Assembly: GCA_963766735.1 (NCBI GenBank)
Contig: CAVYBU010000017.1
Coordinates: 197,286 to 261,285 of the forward strand
Origin: an uncultured Chloroflexia bacterium
GTDB taxonomy: Bacteria; Chloroflexota; Limnocylindria; Limnocylindrales; CSP1-4
Length of the DNA: 64,000 nucleotides
Direction: 5' to 3'
Shown: one piece after another, positions 40,520-50,147 of the stretch
Position numbering within the stretch: the stretch's first letter is position 1
Layout of the letters: every line of letters starts with the position of its first letter
The notes under the pieces: generated by a model
Databases searched by the model: none
Told to the model about the DNA's origin: nothing
Seen by the model: only the letters and a program-made list of their open reading frames with translations
Translations under genes and position numbers: made by a program

Positions 40520-42235
40520 CTAGAGCCCGGCGACCAGGCGCCCGAGCGCGCGCCGGAATGCGGGACTGGACACGCCCCGCCACGCGGGCCCGACGGTCCG
40601 TCGCAGGCGGGCGAGCTCGCGCTCACGGTCCACGAGGTAGCGGCCGATCGCGGCGCTCTCGCGCTCCGACAGCTCCCCGGCGTGTGCCACGAGGAAGGTC
40701 CGGGCGAGCCCTGCCGCAACGTCCGCGTCATGCAGCCAGCCGAGGTGGTCCTGGAGGGCGACGACCTTCTCGATGACGGGGCCCGCGTCCCGCCCGAGTG
40801 CCTCGCGCACGAACTCCAGCGTGTAGCGCAGCCACTTGGCGGCGATGCGCAGGTCGTGGAGGGTTGTCACGTCTGCCCAGCGCATGACGGGCTCGTAGGC
40901 GCGGAGGTTCTCGTAGGCCGCCCACACGCGGGACGGCATGGTGTCGCGCACCCGGTGCGGCTGGACGGGGCCAACGGCGAGGGCACCGAGCCCCTCGGTC
41001 TGCAGGAACGCGACGTACCCGTCCACCCACCGGCGGAAGCGCTCCGAGTCGAGCTCCCTGACCAGCATGATGCGTGCAGCGTCGCGGTTCGTGCGCCAGC
41101 CGGCGACCAGCGGCTCGAAGGCGACGGCCTCGGCGGCGGGTTGGCGGCGGCGATAGGCCTCTGCGGCTTCGATGAGGACGTCCATGTCGCGGACCGCACC
41201 CAGGTCTGCGGCGATCTCCTTCAGGCGTCGGCGGTGCTTCCGCGTGAGGCTTGCGTCGAACGCGTCGCCGAACACCCGCCATGCCGCCCGCTGGCGCCGG
41301 GTGGCGACGCGCATCCCATGCAGCTCCTCGGCATCCTTGCCGGTTCGGGTGCCGGCCTCCCGCGCAATCATGCGGGCGAGGTGGAACCGCAGGACCTTGC
41401 GTCCCGCCTCCGCCAGGTGGTCGTCCGCCAGCACGCCCGGGGACTTCGGCACCACGATCCGCGGCATCTCGGGCTCGACGGGCCGTCCCTCGACCACGGG
41501 CTGCAGCTCCGCATCCGCCGCGTGCTCGGCTGCGCCGTTGCCGCCGTCCCCATTGTCGCCGTTGCCGCCATTGTCCTGGCCCTGGTCCCTGCGCAGCGCC
41601 TCGAGCGCTCGCTCGAGCTTTGATGTCTGTGCCGGCACCAGCTCCTCGACCTCGCTGAGCAGGTCCGCCAGGGGATCCAGCCCTGCCTCCTCGCCTTCCC
41701 GAAGCTCAAGCTCCAGCTCCGCGAACCGGCCCACGGTCCTACCCCCTGCCACGACCTCGACGTCGTCCACTGACACCTCGACCACGGCCCCATCGCGTCC
41801 GTAGAGCCGCTTGTGGCGAGTTTGCCGGATCGTGACGAGATCGACGAGGGCAATCTCGCCCGCGATCTCGACGACGGCGTCCCGCGCTGCCGAAGCGGGC
41901 CAGCTCCCGGCCCCGGTTGCCGGATCGGCCGGCCCTTCCAGCTCCTCGCGCCGGTGGACGGGCCCGCCCTCGTCCTCCCGGTGGAGGCCCTTGAGCGTGA
42001 TCACGGTGCGCGTGCCATCAGATCGGAGGCGACCGGCATACCCGGCCGCCGCCAGGGCGCCGTCGGGCGTATCGAGGTAGCGGTCTTCGTTGAGGACGGT
42101 GACCGCGGGCTCCAGGGCGGTGAATCCCGCGAGTTCCTCCGCCGCGATGAGCCGGTCTCCGGTCGCCACGTCGGTCATGCGGTACTTGAGCTCGACCTCG
42201 AGGGGGCGAGGCTGATCCGCGGCCGCCTTGGTCAT
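40520..42235 (-). CDS. CYTH + CHAD domain protein (polyphosphate-binding)
   Basis: CYTH: EVELKY, YLDTPD, REELE, ELELEL, SKLER. CHAD: LHGMRVATRRQR, LGAVRD.DV, LHDLRIAAK.LRY.LE, LQDHLG.LHD. Confidence 0.9.
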   Translation of the reverse strand: MTKAAADQPRPLEVELKYRMTDVATGDRLIAAEELAGFTALEPAVTVLNEDRYLDTPDGALAAAGYAGRLRSDGTRTVITLKGLHREDEGGPVHRREELEGPADPATGAGSWPASAARDAVVEIAGEIALVDLVTIRQTRHKRLYGRDGAVVEVSVDDVEVVAGGRTVGRFAELELELREGEEAGLDPLADLLSEVEELVPAQTSKLERALEALRRDQGQDNGGNGDNGDGGNGAAEHAADAELQPVVEGRPVEPEMPRIVVPKSPGVLADDHLAEAGRKVLRFHLARMIAREAGTRTGKDAEELHGMRVATRRQRAAWRVFGDAFDASLTRKHRRRLKEIAADLGAVRDMDVLIEAAEAYRRRQPAAEAVAFEPLVAGWRTNRDAARIMLVRELDSERFRRWVDGYVAFLQTEGLGALAVGPVQPHRVRDTMPSRVWAAYENLRAYEPVMRWADVTTLHDLRIAAKWLRYTLEFVREALGRDAGPVIEKVVALQDHLGWLHDADVAAGLARTFLVAHAGELSERESAAIGRYLVDRERELARLRRTVGPAWRGVSSPAFRRALGRLVAGL

Positions 42236-44403
42236 GCCCGGGGGTCCATCGAGCCCGCGCCCGACATCAGCCCATGGCTCGTATCAGTGGCTGTCGCGGC
42301 CGCGGACGCGTCGTCCTTGAGCATCGCGAACGTGTCCAGCGTGCCCTCGAGCGACCCGATCACCTCGGTGCGCCGCCAGGTTCCGTCCGGTCCCAGCTGC
42401 CACGAGCGACGGTCGTCGGCGAGCATCACCTCGATGATGCGCGCGAGCCTGGCGCACGCCTCGTTGTCCTCCACCGGCGTGACCACCTCGACCCGGCGGT
42501 CCAGGTTGCGCTCCATCAGGTCCGCCGACCCGATGTACCACTCGGCGCGGCCGGCATTGGCGAACATCCAGATCCGGGAGTGCTCCAGGAACTCGCCGAT
42601 GATCGAATGGACGCGGACGCGCTCCGATATCCCGGGCAGGCCGGGAAGCATGCAGCACGCACCCCTGACGATCAGGTCGATGTACACGCCGGCCTTCGCC
42701 GCCTCGTACAGGCTCTCGATCACCTGCGTGTCGACGAGCGAGTTGACCTTCAGGACGATCCTGGCGGGGTGACCCGCCCTGGCATTCGCCGCCTCGCGTT
42801 CGACGAGCTCGAGGAAGCGGGAGCGGAGCGTGATCGGGGCGACGAGCAAGCGCCGGAAGACGCGTTGTCGAGAGAGGCCAGTCAGCGTGTTGAACAGGTC
42901 CGTGACATCCGCGCCGAGCTCCTCCCGGCAGGAGAGGATCCCGAGGTCCACGTACAGGCGGGCTGTCTTGGAGTTGTAGTTGCCGGTGCCGATATGAACG
43001 TATCGGCGGAGGCCGCTGCCCTCGCGGCGGACGACCAGCGCCACCTTCGAATGCGTCTTGAGGCCGACGACGCCGTACACGACGTGGGCACCCGCCCGCT
43101 CCAGCTTGCGGGCCCAGATGATGTTGTTCGCCTCGTCGAAGCGGGCCTTGATCTCTACCAGGACCACGACCTGCTTGCCGCGTTCGGCGGCGCGCATCAG
43201 GGCGGCCACGATGGGCGAGTCGCCCGACGTCCGGTAGAGCGTCATCTTGATCGTGAGGACGTCGGGATCGTCCGCGGCCTGCGTGATGAACCGCTCCACG
43301 GACGCGGTGAACGACTCGTAGGGGTGGTGGACGAAGATGTCTCCCGCGCGCACCTGGGCGAAGATGTCGACGGGCTCACCATCCTCTGACGGAACCAGCC
43401 GGGGGGGAACCACGGGGACATGCGGGACCGCCTTGAGGTCCGGGCGGTCCAGGGCCGCCAGCTGCCACAGCGCGGTGAGATCCAGCATCCCGGCAACCTC
43501 GAAGCTGTCCTCCTCGCGCACGCCGATCCCCCTGAGCAGGATCTGGCGGGTGACCTCCGGCATGGAGCGCTCGAACTCGAGGCGCACGGCCTCGCCGAAG
43601 CGCCGGCGCCGGACCTCCTCCTCGATCGCGAGCAGCAGGTCGTCCGCCTCGTCCTCCTCGATCGTTATGTCCGCGTCGCGGGTGACGCGGAACAGGTGGG
43701 TCTCGAGGACCTCCATGCCCCGGAACAGCTCGTCCAGGTTGGCCTCGATCACCCGGTCCAGGAGCACGAACTTGTCCCGTTCCACCGCGAACAGGCGCGG
43801 GAGGCTGGGCGGGATCTTGACCCGGGCGAACCTGCTCTCGCCGGTCTCCGGGTCCCGCAGGCCGATGGCGATGGAGAGCGAGAGGGTGCTGATGTAGGGG
43901 AACGGGTGCCCGGGATCCACCGCCAGCGGTGTGAGGACCGGGAAGATCTCGTCGTGGAAGCGGCGCCGGAGCGTCTCGTGGTGCTCCGGGACCTGCTCGA
44001 AGTCCACGATCTCCACGCCCTCCGTCGCAAGCTCGGCGCGGATCGCGGTCCAGATGGACGAGTGCTCAGCGATGAGGTCCCGGACGCGAGCGCGGATGGC
44101 ATCCAGCTGCTGGGCGGGCGTCAGGTTGTCGGACGAGTGGCCGTGGGAGCCCGCCTGGTCCTGGCGCCGGAGGCCGGACACGCGGACCTGGAAGAACTCA
44201 TCGAGGTTGGATGCGAAGATCGCGAGGAACTTCACCCGCTCGAGAACCGGGTTCCGGGTGTCACTCGCCTCGTGGAGGACGCGCGCGTTGAAGTCGATCC
44301 ACGCCAACTCGCGGTTGAGGATCGGGCCCTTCTGGTCGCGCGAGGACCGGCGGCGGCTGCGGCCGGCGACGCGGGGTCCTGGTGCGGGGCGAACGGTGGT
44401 CAT
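42232..44403 (-). CDS. ppk1: Polyphosphate kinase 1
   Basis: NRELAWIDFNARVL, SNLDEFF.VRV, HHPYESF, KMTLYR, ARFDEANN, LKTHSK, GTGNYN, FLEHSR, SADLMERNLDRRVE; exact start uncertain (44403 or 44478). Confidence 0.95.
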   Translation of the reverse strand: MTTVRPAPGPRVAGRSRRRSSRDQKGPILNRELAWIDFNARVLHEASDTRNPVLERVKFLAIFASNLDEFFQVRVSGLRRQDQAGSHGHSSDNLTPAQQLDAIRARVRDLIAEHSSIWTAIRAELATEGVEIVDFEQVPEHHETLRRRFHDEIFPVLTPLAVDPGHPFPYISTLSLSIAIGLRDPETGESRFARVKIPPSLPRLFAVERDKFVLLDRVIEANLDELFRGMEVLETHLFRVTRDADITIEEDEADDLLLAIEEEVRRRRFGEAVRLEFERSMPEVTRQILLRGIGVREEDSFEVAGMLDLTALWQLAALDRPDLKAVPHVPVVPPRLVPSEDGEPVDIFAQVRAGDIFVHHPYESFTASVERFITQAADDPDVLTIKMTLYRTSGDSPIVAALMRAAERGKQVVVLVEIKARFDEANNIIWARKLERAGAHVVYGVVGLKTHSKVALVVRREGSGLRRYVHIGTGNYNSKTARLYVDLGILSCREELGADVTDLFNTLTGLSRQRVFRRLLVAPITLRSRFLELVEREAANARAGHPARIVLKVNSLVDTQVIESLYEAAKAGVYIDLIVRGACCMLPGLPGISERVRVHSIIGEFLEHSRIWMFANAGRAEWYIGSADLMERNLDRRVEVVTPVEDNEACARLARIIEVMLADDRRSWQLGPDGTWRRTEVIGSLEGTLDTFAMLKDDASAAATATDTSHGLMSGAGSMDPRA

Positions 44404-44583
44404 CGATCCTCTCGGCGGGTCGGGCACGAGGACCGGAGCGGCTTGAAGAGGAGGCGGCCTCGCCCGGTCAGGGTTCATGAGAATACCACCCGCTGTGCCG
44501 CGGACCCCCGGTTGGACCCCCGCCGCGTGCATTGGAACGAGGCCTGCCGGGGCCATCCCACAGGCCTCCTCTCACCCGGGACG

Positions 44584-44937
44584 TCAACCTTCCGGCACGT
44601 ACCGCCGCTCGCCGGATGAGGGGTCTACCCAGACGCGGAGCGGGATGCCCGTGGTCGGGTCCAGGAAACGTTCCTCGGTCGGCCGGAAGCGCGCGTCCGG
44701 AGGGCCGGTCTCGCCGCCACCAGGCCCGTGGTCGTCGCCCCTCCGCTCTGCGGCAAGGGACCGGTATCGCGTGCGCTCCAGGACCACGGCCGCGATGATC
44801 ACGACGCCCGGAATGAACATCACCAGGGCGGCCACGAGGCTGCCACCGGGCCCCGCGATGGCAGCCGTGGCGATTCCGCCCAGCAGCAGCAGGAGCCCGA
44901 AGCCGCCGATGACGCCCCGGGCCAGCGTCACGCCCAC
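44584..44937 (-). CDS. Small two-TM membrane protein with C-terminal FRPTEERFLDPTTG...RVW.DP.SGERRYV motif
   Basis: Two hydrophobic segments and a conserved-looking tail; co-oriented between the ybjQ-like gene and ppk1. Confidence 0.7.
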   Translation of the reverse strand: MGVTLARGVIGGFGLLLLLGGIATAAIAGPGGSLVAALVMFIPGVVIIAAVVLERTRYRSLAAERRGDDHGPGGGETGPPDARFRPTEERFLDPTTGIPLRVWVDPSSGERRYVPEG

Positions 44938-44941
44938 CCCG

Positions 44942-45286
44942 CTATTCGAACGCCTGCGGCGCTGAGGCGTCCTCGACCACGACGACCGCGGTCCCGTAGG
45001 CAACGATCTCGGACATCGTGGCGGCCATCTCCGAGGAGTCGAACTTCATCGAGATCACGGCGTTCGCGCCCACCAGCGTCGCGTTCTGGACCATCCGGTC
45101 GATGGCCTGGCGACGGGTGTCCTCGAGCAGGGTCGTGTACTCGTGGATCTCACCGCCAACGATCGAACGCAGGCCGGCCACGAGGTTGCCGGCCATGCCC
45201 CGGCTGCGGACGACGAGCCCGAAGACCTGGCCCTTGGTCTCCACGACCCGGTATCCGGCGATGAACGGAGCGGTCGCGATGATCAT
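44942..45286 (-). CDS. YbjQ / UPF0145 family protein
   Basis: GLVVRSR, GLRSIVGGEI.EYT, GANAVI...FD, EIVAYGTAV. Confidence 0.9.
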   Translation of the reverse strand: MIIATAPFIAGYRVVETKGQVFGLVVRSRGMAGNLVAGLRSIVGGEIHEYTTLLEDTRRQAIDRMVQNATLVGANAVISMKFDSSEMAATMSEIVAYGTAVVVVEDASAPQAFE

Positions 45287-45651
45287 CGAGTTCCTCCATG
45301 GTCCTGGTGGCGCGTCTCACGGTCCCGAGCGCACGGCGCACAGGGGCATTGGTCACGCAGCAGCTGGAACGAATGGTAGCCGGTGGCGTGCCCGTCACCC
45401 CAGGTGACCTGGATCGCGTAGGCGCCCACCAGGGCCACGTCCACGAGCCGCGTCTGCTCCGGGGTGAGGGTCGGGTTGGTGTCGAGCCAGCCGGGCATGC
45501 CGGCCTCGCCGCGGCAGTAGGCACAGGGGCACAGCCAGCGGAGCGTCACGGCGTCGAAGGCGGTGGCGTGGCCGTCGACCCACTCGAGACGGAGGGTGCC
45601 GGCCGACCGGTCGGCGTCGATGCGGACGGGCGTGGTCGTGGAGTCGTTCAC
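45283..45651 (-). CDS. DUF971 (GBBH-like N-terminal) protein
   Basis: W.DGH, LR..CPCAYC, VGAYAI..TWGDGHATGYHS...LR. Confidence 0.85.
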   Translation of the reverse strand: MNDSTTTPVRIDADRSAGTLRLEWVDGHATAFDAVTLRWLCPCAYCRGEAGMPGWLDTNPTLTPEQTRLVDVALVGAYAIQVTWGDGHATGYHSFQLLRDQCPCAPCARDRETRHQDHGGTR

Positions 45652-45749
45652 GCCCCAGATCGTACTCCGGACCGGGACCTTCCCCCGGCCCGTGTTCAGG
45701 ACCATTCCCCGGTGGCGTCTGCCCGCAGCGCCGGTATGCTCCGGAGCGG

Positions 45750-46727
45750 ATGAGCCTCGTCGTCGACCATCTCACCAAGCGCTTCGGGTCCGTCGTCGCC
45801 CTCGATGACCTGGCGTTCGAGGTCGCCCCCGGCCAGGTCTTCGGGTTTCTCGGTGCCAACGGATCCGGGAAGACCACGACCATGCGGATCGCCCTGGGCG
45901 TCCTGGAGCCCGACGCAGGACGGGTGACCTGGATGGGCACGGAGAGCCACCGCCTGCCGCGGTCGACCTGGGGCTACCTCCCCGAGGAGCGCGGGCTCTA
46001 CCCGCGGATGCGCGTCCTGGACCAGCTGGTGTTCTTCGCCGGGCTCCACGGCGTTCCGGCCGGCCGGGCGAGGCGGGAGGCAGCTGCCTGGCTGCGGCGG
46101 TTCCGCGCGGAGGACCTGGGAGAGCGCAAGGCGGAACAGCTGTCCAAGGGGAACCAGCAGAAGGTCCAGTTCATCGCCGCCGTCCTCCACGATCCGGCCA
46201 TCCTCCTCATGGACGAGCCGTTCACCGGCCTGGACCCGGTCAACGTGATGCTCCTGCGCGAGGCCTTCCTCGAGCTTCGGGACCGGGGACGGACGGTGGT
46301 CTTCTCCACCCACCAGATGGAGGTGGCGGAGGCCCTGTGCGAGTCGGTCGCCATCGTGGACCGGGGACGGATGGTCGTCGGCGGCCGGCTGCGCGACGTG
46401 AAGCGCGCCACGGGCCGGCGCCTGGTCCGGATCTCGGTCGCGGACGACCACCGGCTGCCATGGCTTGCGTCGGTCGCCGGCGCACGCATCGTCCTGGCGG
46501 GGATGGACCGCTCGGCGGTCGAGCTGGACGCCGGTGTTGAGCCCGAAGCCGTCCTGGCGGCGGCCATCGCCGCCGGGGTGAGCGTCGTCCACTTCGAGAT
46601 TGCGGACCCGAGCCTCGAGCAGGTGTTCATCGACCACGTCGGGCATCCGGCCGACGACGAGCTGCACCTGGCGCCGGCCGACGGCGATGACGACGCCGTG
46701 CCGGTCACCGCGGAGGGTGCCGCGTGA
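45750..46727 (+). CDS. ABC-2 exporter ATP-binding protein (NatA/YhaQ-like)
   Basis: GANGSGKTT, GYLPEERGLY, LSKGNQQK, DEPFTGLDP. Confidence 0.9.
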   Translation: MSLVVDHLTKRFGSVVALDDLAFEVAPGQVFGFLGANGSGKTTTMRIALGVLEPDAGRVTWMGTESHRLPRSTWGYLPEERGLYPRMRVLDQLVFFAGLHGVPAGRARREAAAWLRRFRAEDLGERKAEQLSKGNQQKVQFIAAVLHDPAILLMDEPFTGLDPVNVMLLREAFLELRDRGRTVVFSTHQMEVAEALCESVAIVDRGRMVVGGRLRDVKRATGRRLVRISVADDHRLPWLASVAGARIVLAGMDRSAVELDAGVEPEAVLAAAIAAGVSVVHFEIADPSLEQVFIDHVGHPADDELHLAPADGDDDAVPVTAEGAA

Positions 46728-48067
46728 CCGCGCCCGGAGAACCCGTGGGTCGGACCCAAGGCAACGGCGGTCTCGCCAACGTGTGGCTGGTTGCTCGCCG
46801 CGAGTACGTGGAGAGGGTCCGGTCGCGCGCGTTCGTGTTCTCGACGCTGCTGCTCGCCGGCCTGGCCGTGGTGGTGGCGTTGCTCCCACTCGCGGTACGC
46901 CTGGTGGACCGCGCGACGGTGACCCGGATCGCGGTCACCGCCTCCGAGCCCGGCCTGACCGACCGCGCCGTCGGCGTGATGGACGGGTTCCTCAACGCCC
47001 GCCTCTCGGGCGAGGGCGGCGGCGGGGAGGCAGTCTTCGAGTTCGAGCCGCGGGACGACCGCGGGGCCGCGGTCGAGGCCGTCCGCGAGGGTTCCGTGGC
47101 GGCCGCCATGCTGATCAGCCGCGGTGCCGACGGCGGCCTCGACATGCAGGTCCTGACCGCGGGGGCGCTGGGGCCGGACCGGGCGCAGCTGCTGCAGGTC
47201 GGGTCATTTGCCGTGGGGATCCTGGACTGGACCGCATCGCAGCCGGCGGCGACCCGCCCGTTCGTCGTCCCCGGGTTCGAGGTCATCGACGCGGGCGCGG
47301 CAGGATCGGGGGGTGGCGCCGCCGCCATCGACGCCGCCGAGTACGCCAGTCGGCGGATCGTCGGCATCGTGTTCGTCATGCTCTCGTTTCTGACGCTCGT
47401 GTTCTACGGGCTGTGGGTCGCATCGGGGGTCGTGGCGGAGAAGGCAAATCGGGTCATGGAGCTGCTGATCTCGGCGGCGACGGCACCGCAGCTGGTCACC
47501 GGCAAGATCTCGGGCATCGGCATGGCGGGGCTGACCCAGGTCGGATTGGTGCTCGCCCCGGCGGTGCTGACGCTGCTCGCCTCCGACCGGATCGCCGATG
47601 CCGTGCTGGGGTCCGCCGCGGGGTCAAACTCGTCGCTGGCGGCGCTGTCGCCCGGCCTGCTGCTCGCGTTCCTCGTCTACTTCGTGCTCGGGTTCGCGCT
47701 GTACGCGGCGCTGTACGCAGGGGCCGGATCGCTCATCAGCCGGGCTGAGGACCTGCAGATCGTCGCCCTCCCGTTGTCCATCCCGGCGATCGCGGGGTAC
47801 CTGCCGGCCGTGCTTGCCCTGTCGGGGGGAACCTCCACGTTCATCCGGTTTGCCTCGTACGTGCCGCTGTGGAGCCCGTTCGTGATGATGGCGCGGCTCT
47901 CGGTCGGCTCGGTGGAGCCGTGGGAGCTGGCCCTGTCGGTCGGCCTCCTGCTGGCTACGGTGCCGCTGGTGACGCTGCTGGCGATCCGCGTGTACCGGGC
48001 GGGTGTCCTGCTGTACGGGCAGCCGCCGACCGTGGGCACGTTCCTGCGGGCGCTGCGGCACGGGTAG
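46724..48067 (+). CDS. ABC-2 exporter permease (NatB/YhaP-like)
   Basis: REYVERVRS, VVAEKANRVMELL, GKI.G; multiple TMs; GTGA overlap with the ATPase. Confidence 0.88.
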   Translation: MTAPGEPVGRTQGNGGLANVWLVARREYVERVRSRAFVFSTLLLAGLAVVVALLPLAVRLVDRATVTRIAVTASEPGLTDRAVGVMDGFLNARLSGEGGGGEAVFEFEPRDDRGAAVEAVREGSVAAAMLISRGADGGLDMQVLTAGALGPDRAQLLQVGSFAVGILDWTASQPAATRPFVVPGFEVIDAGAAGSGGGAAAIDAAEYASRRIVGIVFVMLSFLTLVFYGLWVASGVVAEKANRVMELLISAATAPQLVTGKISGIGMAGLTQVGLVLAPAVLTLLASDRIADAVLGSAAGSNSSLAALSPGLLLAFLVYFVLGFALYAALYAGAGSLISRAEDLQIVALPLSIPAIAGYLPAVLALSGGTSTFIRFASYVPLWSPFVMMARLSVGSVEPWELALSVGLLLATVPLVTLLAIRVYRAGVLLYGQPPTVGTFLRALRHG

Positions 48068-48141
48068 GGGAGAGCGCCGGTCCGCGAGCCCGGCCGGCGC
48101 GGGGAGACGCGAGGCAGCGGCACCGGCCCCGTCCGGCCCGC

Positions 48142-49152
48142 CTACCGCGTCGGCGTGACGACGACCTTGTTGCCCTCACGCCGGCTGGCCGTCCGGAATG
48201 CGGAGTCGAAGTCGTCCAGGTCAAACACGCTGCTCACGACGGCTCCGACATCCACGTGCCCCGCCTGCACCAGGGCGATCGCACGCGGGTAGACGTGGAC
48301 CATCCGCCGTGAGAAGCGCAGGTCCAGGCCCTTCCGGCGCGCAACCGACGCCGAGATCGTCGAGTGATCGCCCGACGGGATCCCGGCCACGACGACCGTG
48401 CCCGCCGGTCGCGCGAGGTCGATGGCGGCGTCGATGGCGTCGTCGTCGCCCGCGATCTCGATCGCCGCGTCCACGCCGCGCCCGCCCGTCGCCTGCAGGA
48501 GGATGTCACGCTCGGCGCCGCCGTCCACGACGGCCGCGATCGCCCCCAACGTGGTCGCGGCCAGCACGCGGTGCCCGAGCCGGTCCGTGGCGACCACGGT
48601 CGTCGCGCCGGCGTTCAGGGCCAGCTGGATCAGCAGCAGCCCGATCGGACCACACCCGAACACGCCGACGGTGTCGCCGGGCCCCACCCGCGCAAGACGC
48701 AGCGCGTGGATCGCCACGCCCAGGGGTTCGAGCATGGCACCCGCAGCGTCGTCGATCGCGTCGGGGAGTGGGACGAGGTTGGCGAGCGGCCAGGCGATCA
48801 GCTCCCGCATTGCCCCGTCCGTGGTCGAATGGCCGAGGAACCGCACATCGGGGCAGAGGTGGCCTCGTCCGAGGTCGCACGTCTCGCAGGCGCCGCACGG
48901 GATTGACGGATCGATGGCGACGCGCTGTCCCGCCCGGGGTCCATCGGCGATCACGCCCGCCGCCTCGTGGCCCAGCACCAACGGCTGCGCCAGCGGGACG
49001 CCGCCGATGCCCGACTCGCCGTACCAGTGCAGGTCGGAGCCGCAGATGCCCACCGCGGTCACGCGTACCAGCGCCTCATCCGGGCGCGGAACCGGGGCGG
49101 GCTCGTCCGCCAGGCGGAGGTCGCCGGCAGCGTGGAGGCGGAGTGCCTTCAT
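48142..49152 (-). CDS. Zn-dependent (MDR) sugar-alcohol dehydrogenase, sorbitol/L-iditol DH-like
   Basis: GICGSDLH, LGHE, CGACETC..G..HLC, EPLGVA, GCGPIG. Confidence 0.9.
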   Translation of the reverse strand: MKALRLHAAGDLRLADEPAPVPRPDEALVRVTAVGICGSDLHWYGESGIGGVPLAQPLVLGHEAAGVIADGPRAGQRVAIDPSIPCGACETCDLGRGHLCPDVRFLGHSTTDGAMRELIAWPLANLVPLPDAIDDAAGAMLEPLGVAIHALRLARVGPGDTVGVFGCGPIGLLLIQLALNAGATTVVATDRLGHRVLAATTLGAIAAVVDGGAERDILLQATGGRGVDAAIEIAGDDDAIDAAIDLARPAGTVVVAGIPSGDHSTISASVARRKGLDLRFSRRMVHVYPRAIALVQAGHVDVGAVVSSVFDLDDFDSAFRTASRREGNKVVVTPTR

Positions 49153-49282
49153 CGAGCCGCCTCCCTTCCAGGTGTGTTCCTGCGCGCCGAATCCGATTGC
49201 GCTCCGCCACCGCACCCTGCGGCACCGGGTCGCCGCATGGTACGACGCGCCGAGGTCGCATCGAGGCTGGTGCGGGTGACGG

Positions 49283-50047
49283 TCAGTCCGTCGGGTCTTC
49301 CTCGAACGGGAGCCGGCGGAATAGCGCCAGGACGGGAGCGGTGCCGGAGGAGCCTTCGTCGGCAGGGTCCTTGGGGGGCTTCTCGGGCGTTGACTGCGTC
49401 GGGACGCCTTCTCCGGGCGCCGTCACGGCGATCGACCGCCACAGGGCGCTCCGCACGCCGGGCAGGTACGGGCTCGTCCGCCGTCTCGCGAGGATGCCCG
49501 CGATCCCCTGCGCGGCCACCGCGTCGTACAGGGCACGGCCCTCCCCGGCAATTGCCGGGACCATGACCACCTCGTCGCCCGGCCGCAGCATGCGTCGAAG
49601 GAGGCCCCGCCGCTTCTCGAGGGGCTGGTTCAGGAGCCAACGTCCGTCCAGGTGGAGCAGGTCGAACACGAGCAGTGCCGCCGGCCGCCCGCCCCGGCCT
49701 GCCAGCCGCTCTCGTAGCGCCTCGTCGTCGGCCCGCCCCCGCCCGTCCACGACGACCAGCTCGCCATCGAGCACCGCGGACCGCGCCGCGACGCGGACCG
49801 CCAGCCCGGCCAGCTCCGGGAGACGCCCGGCCAGGTCCCGACCGGCGCCATCGACCAGCCGCACCGCGCCGTCGCCGGCGTGCTCCGCGGGGTCGATGAA
49901 CGCGAGCACCCGGTGGCCGCCCCACGTCGGTTCGAACAGGAAGTCGGGGGAATCGAAGGGCTCGGGGTGGGGCGTGGGCCACATCGGCGCCAGGTCGCCG
50001 GCACGCGGGAGGGCCGGCTCGAGCCGGAGGGAGAGCTGCTCGGCCAT
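49283..50047 (-). CDS. ATP-dependent DNA ligase (LigC/LigD-type) adenylation-domain homologue lacking catalytic residues and OB domain
   Basis: PM...PFDSPDFLFEP, VLDGELV, VFDLLHLDG, PLEKRR, SPYLPG.RS..W scaffold retained; KxDG reads TWGG. Confidence 0.8.
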   Translation of the reverse strand: MAEQLSLRLEPALPRAGDLAPMWPTPHPEPFDSPDFLFEPTWGGHRVLAFIDPAEHAGDGAVRLVDGAGRDLAGRLPELAGLAVRVAARSAVLDGELVVVDGRGRADDEALRERLAGRGGRPAALLVFDLLHLDGRWLLNQPLEKRRGLLRRMLRPGDEVVMVPAIAGEGRALYDAVAAQGIAGILARRRTSPYLPGVRSALWRSIAVTAPGEGVPTQSTPEKPPKDPADEGSSGTAPVLALFRRLPFEEDPTD

Positions 50048-50147
50048 CGCCCCCCGATGGTAGCCCCTGCACCAGGGCTAGACTGCGGGCAACGCCCCCG
50101 TCCGCCCTACCCGCGGACGCCCACCGAGCCCTCCGGGAGGATGTCCC

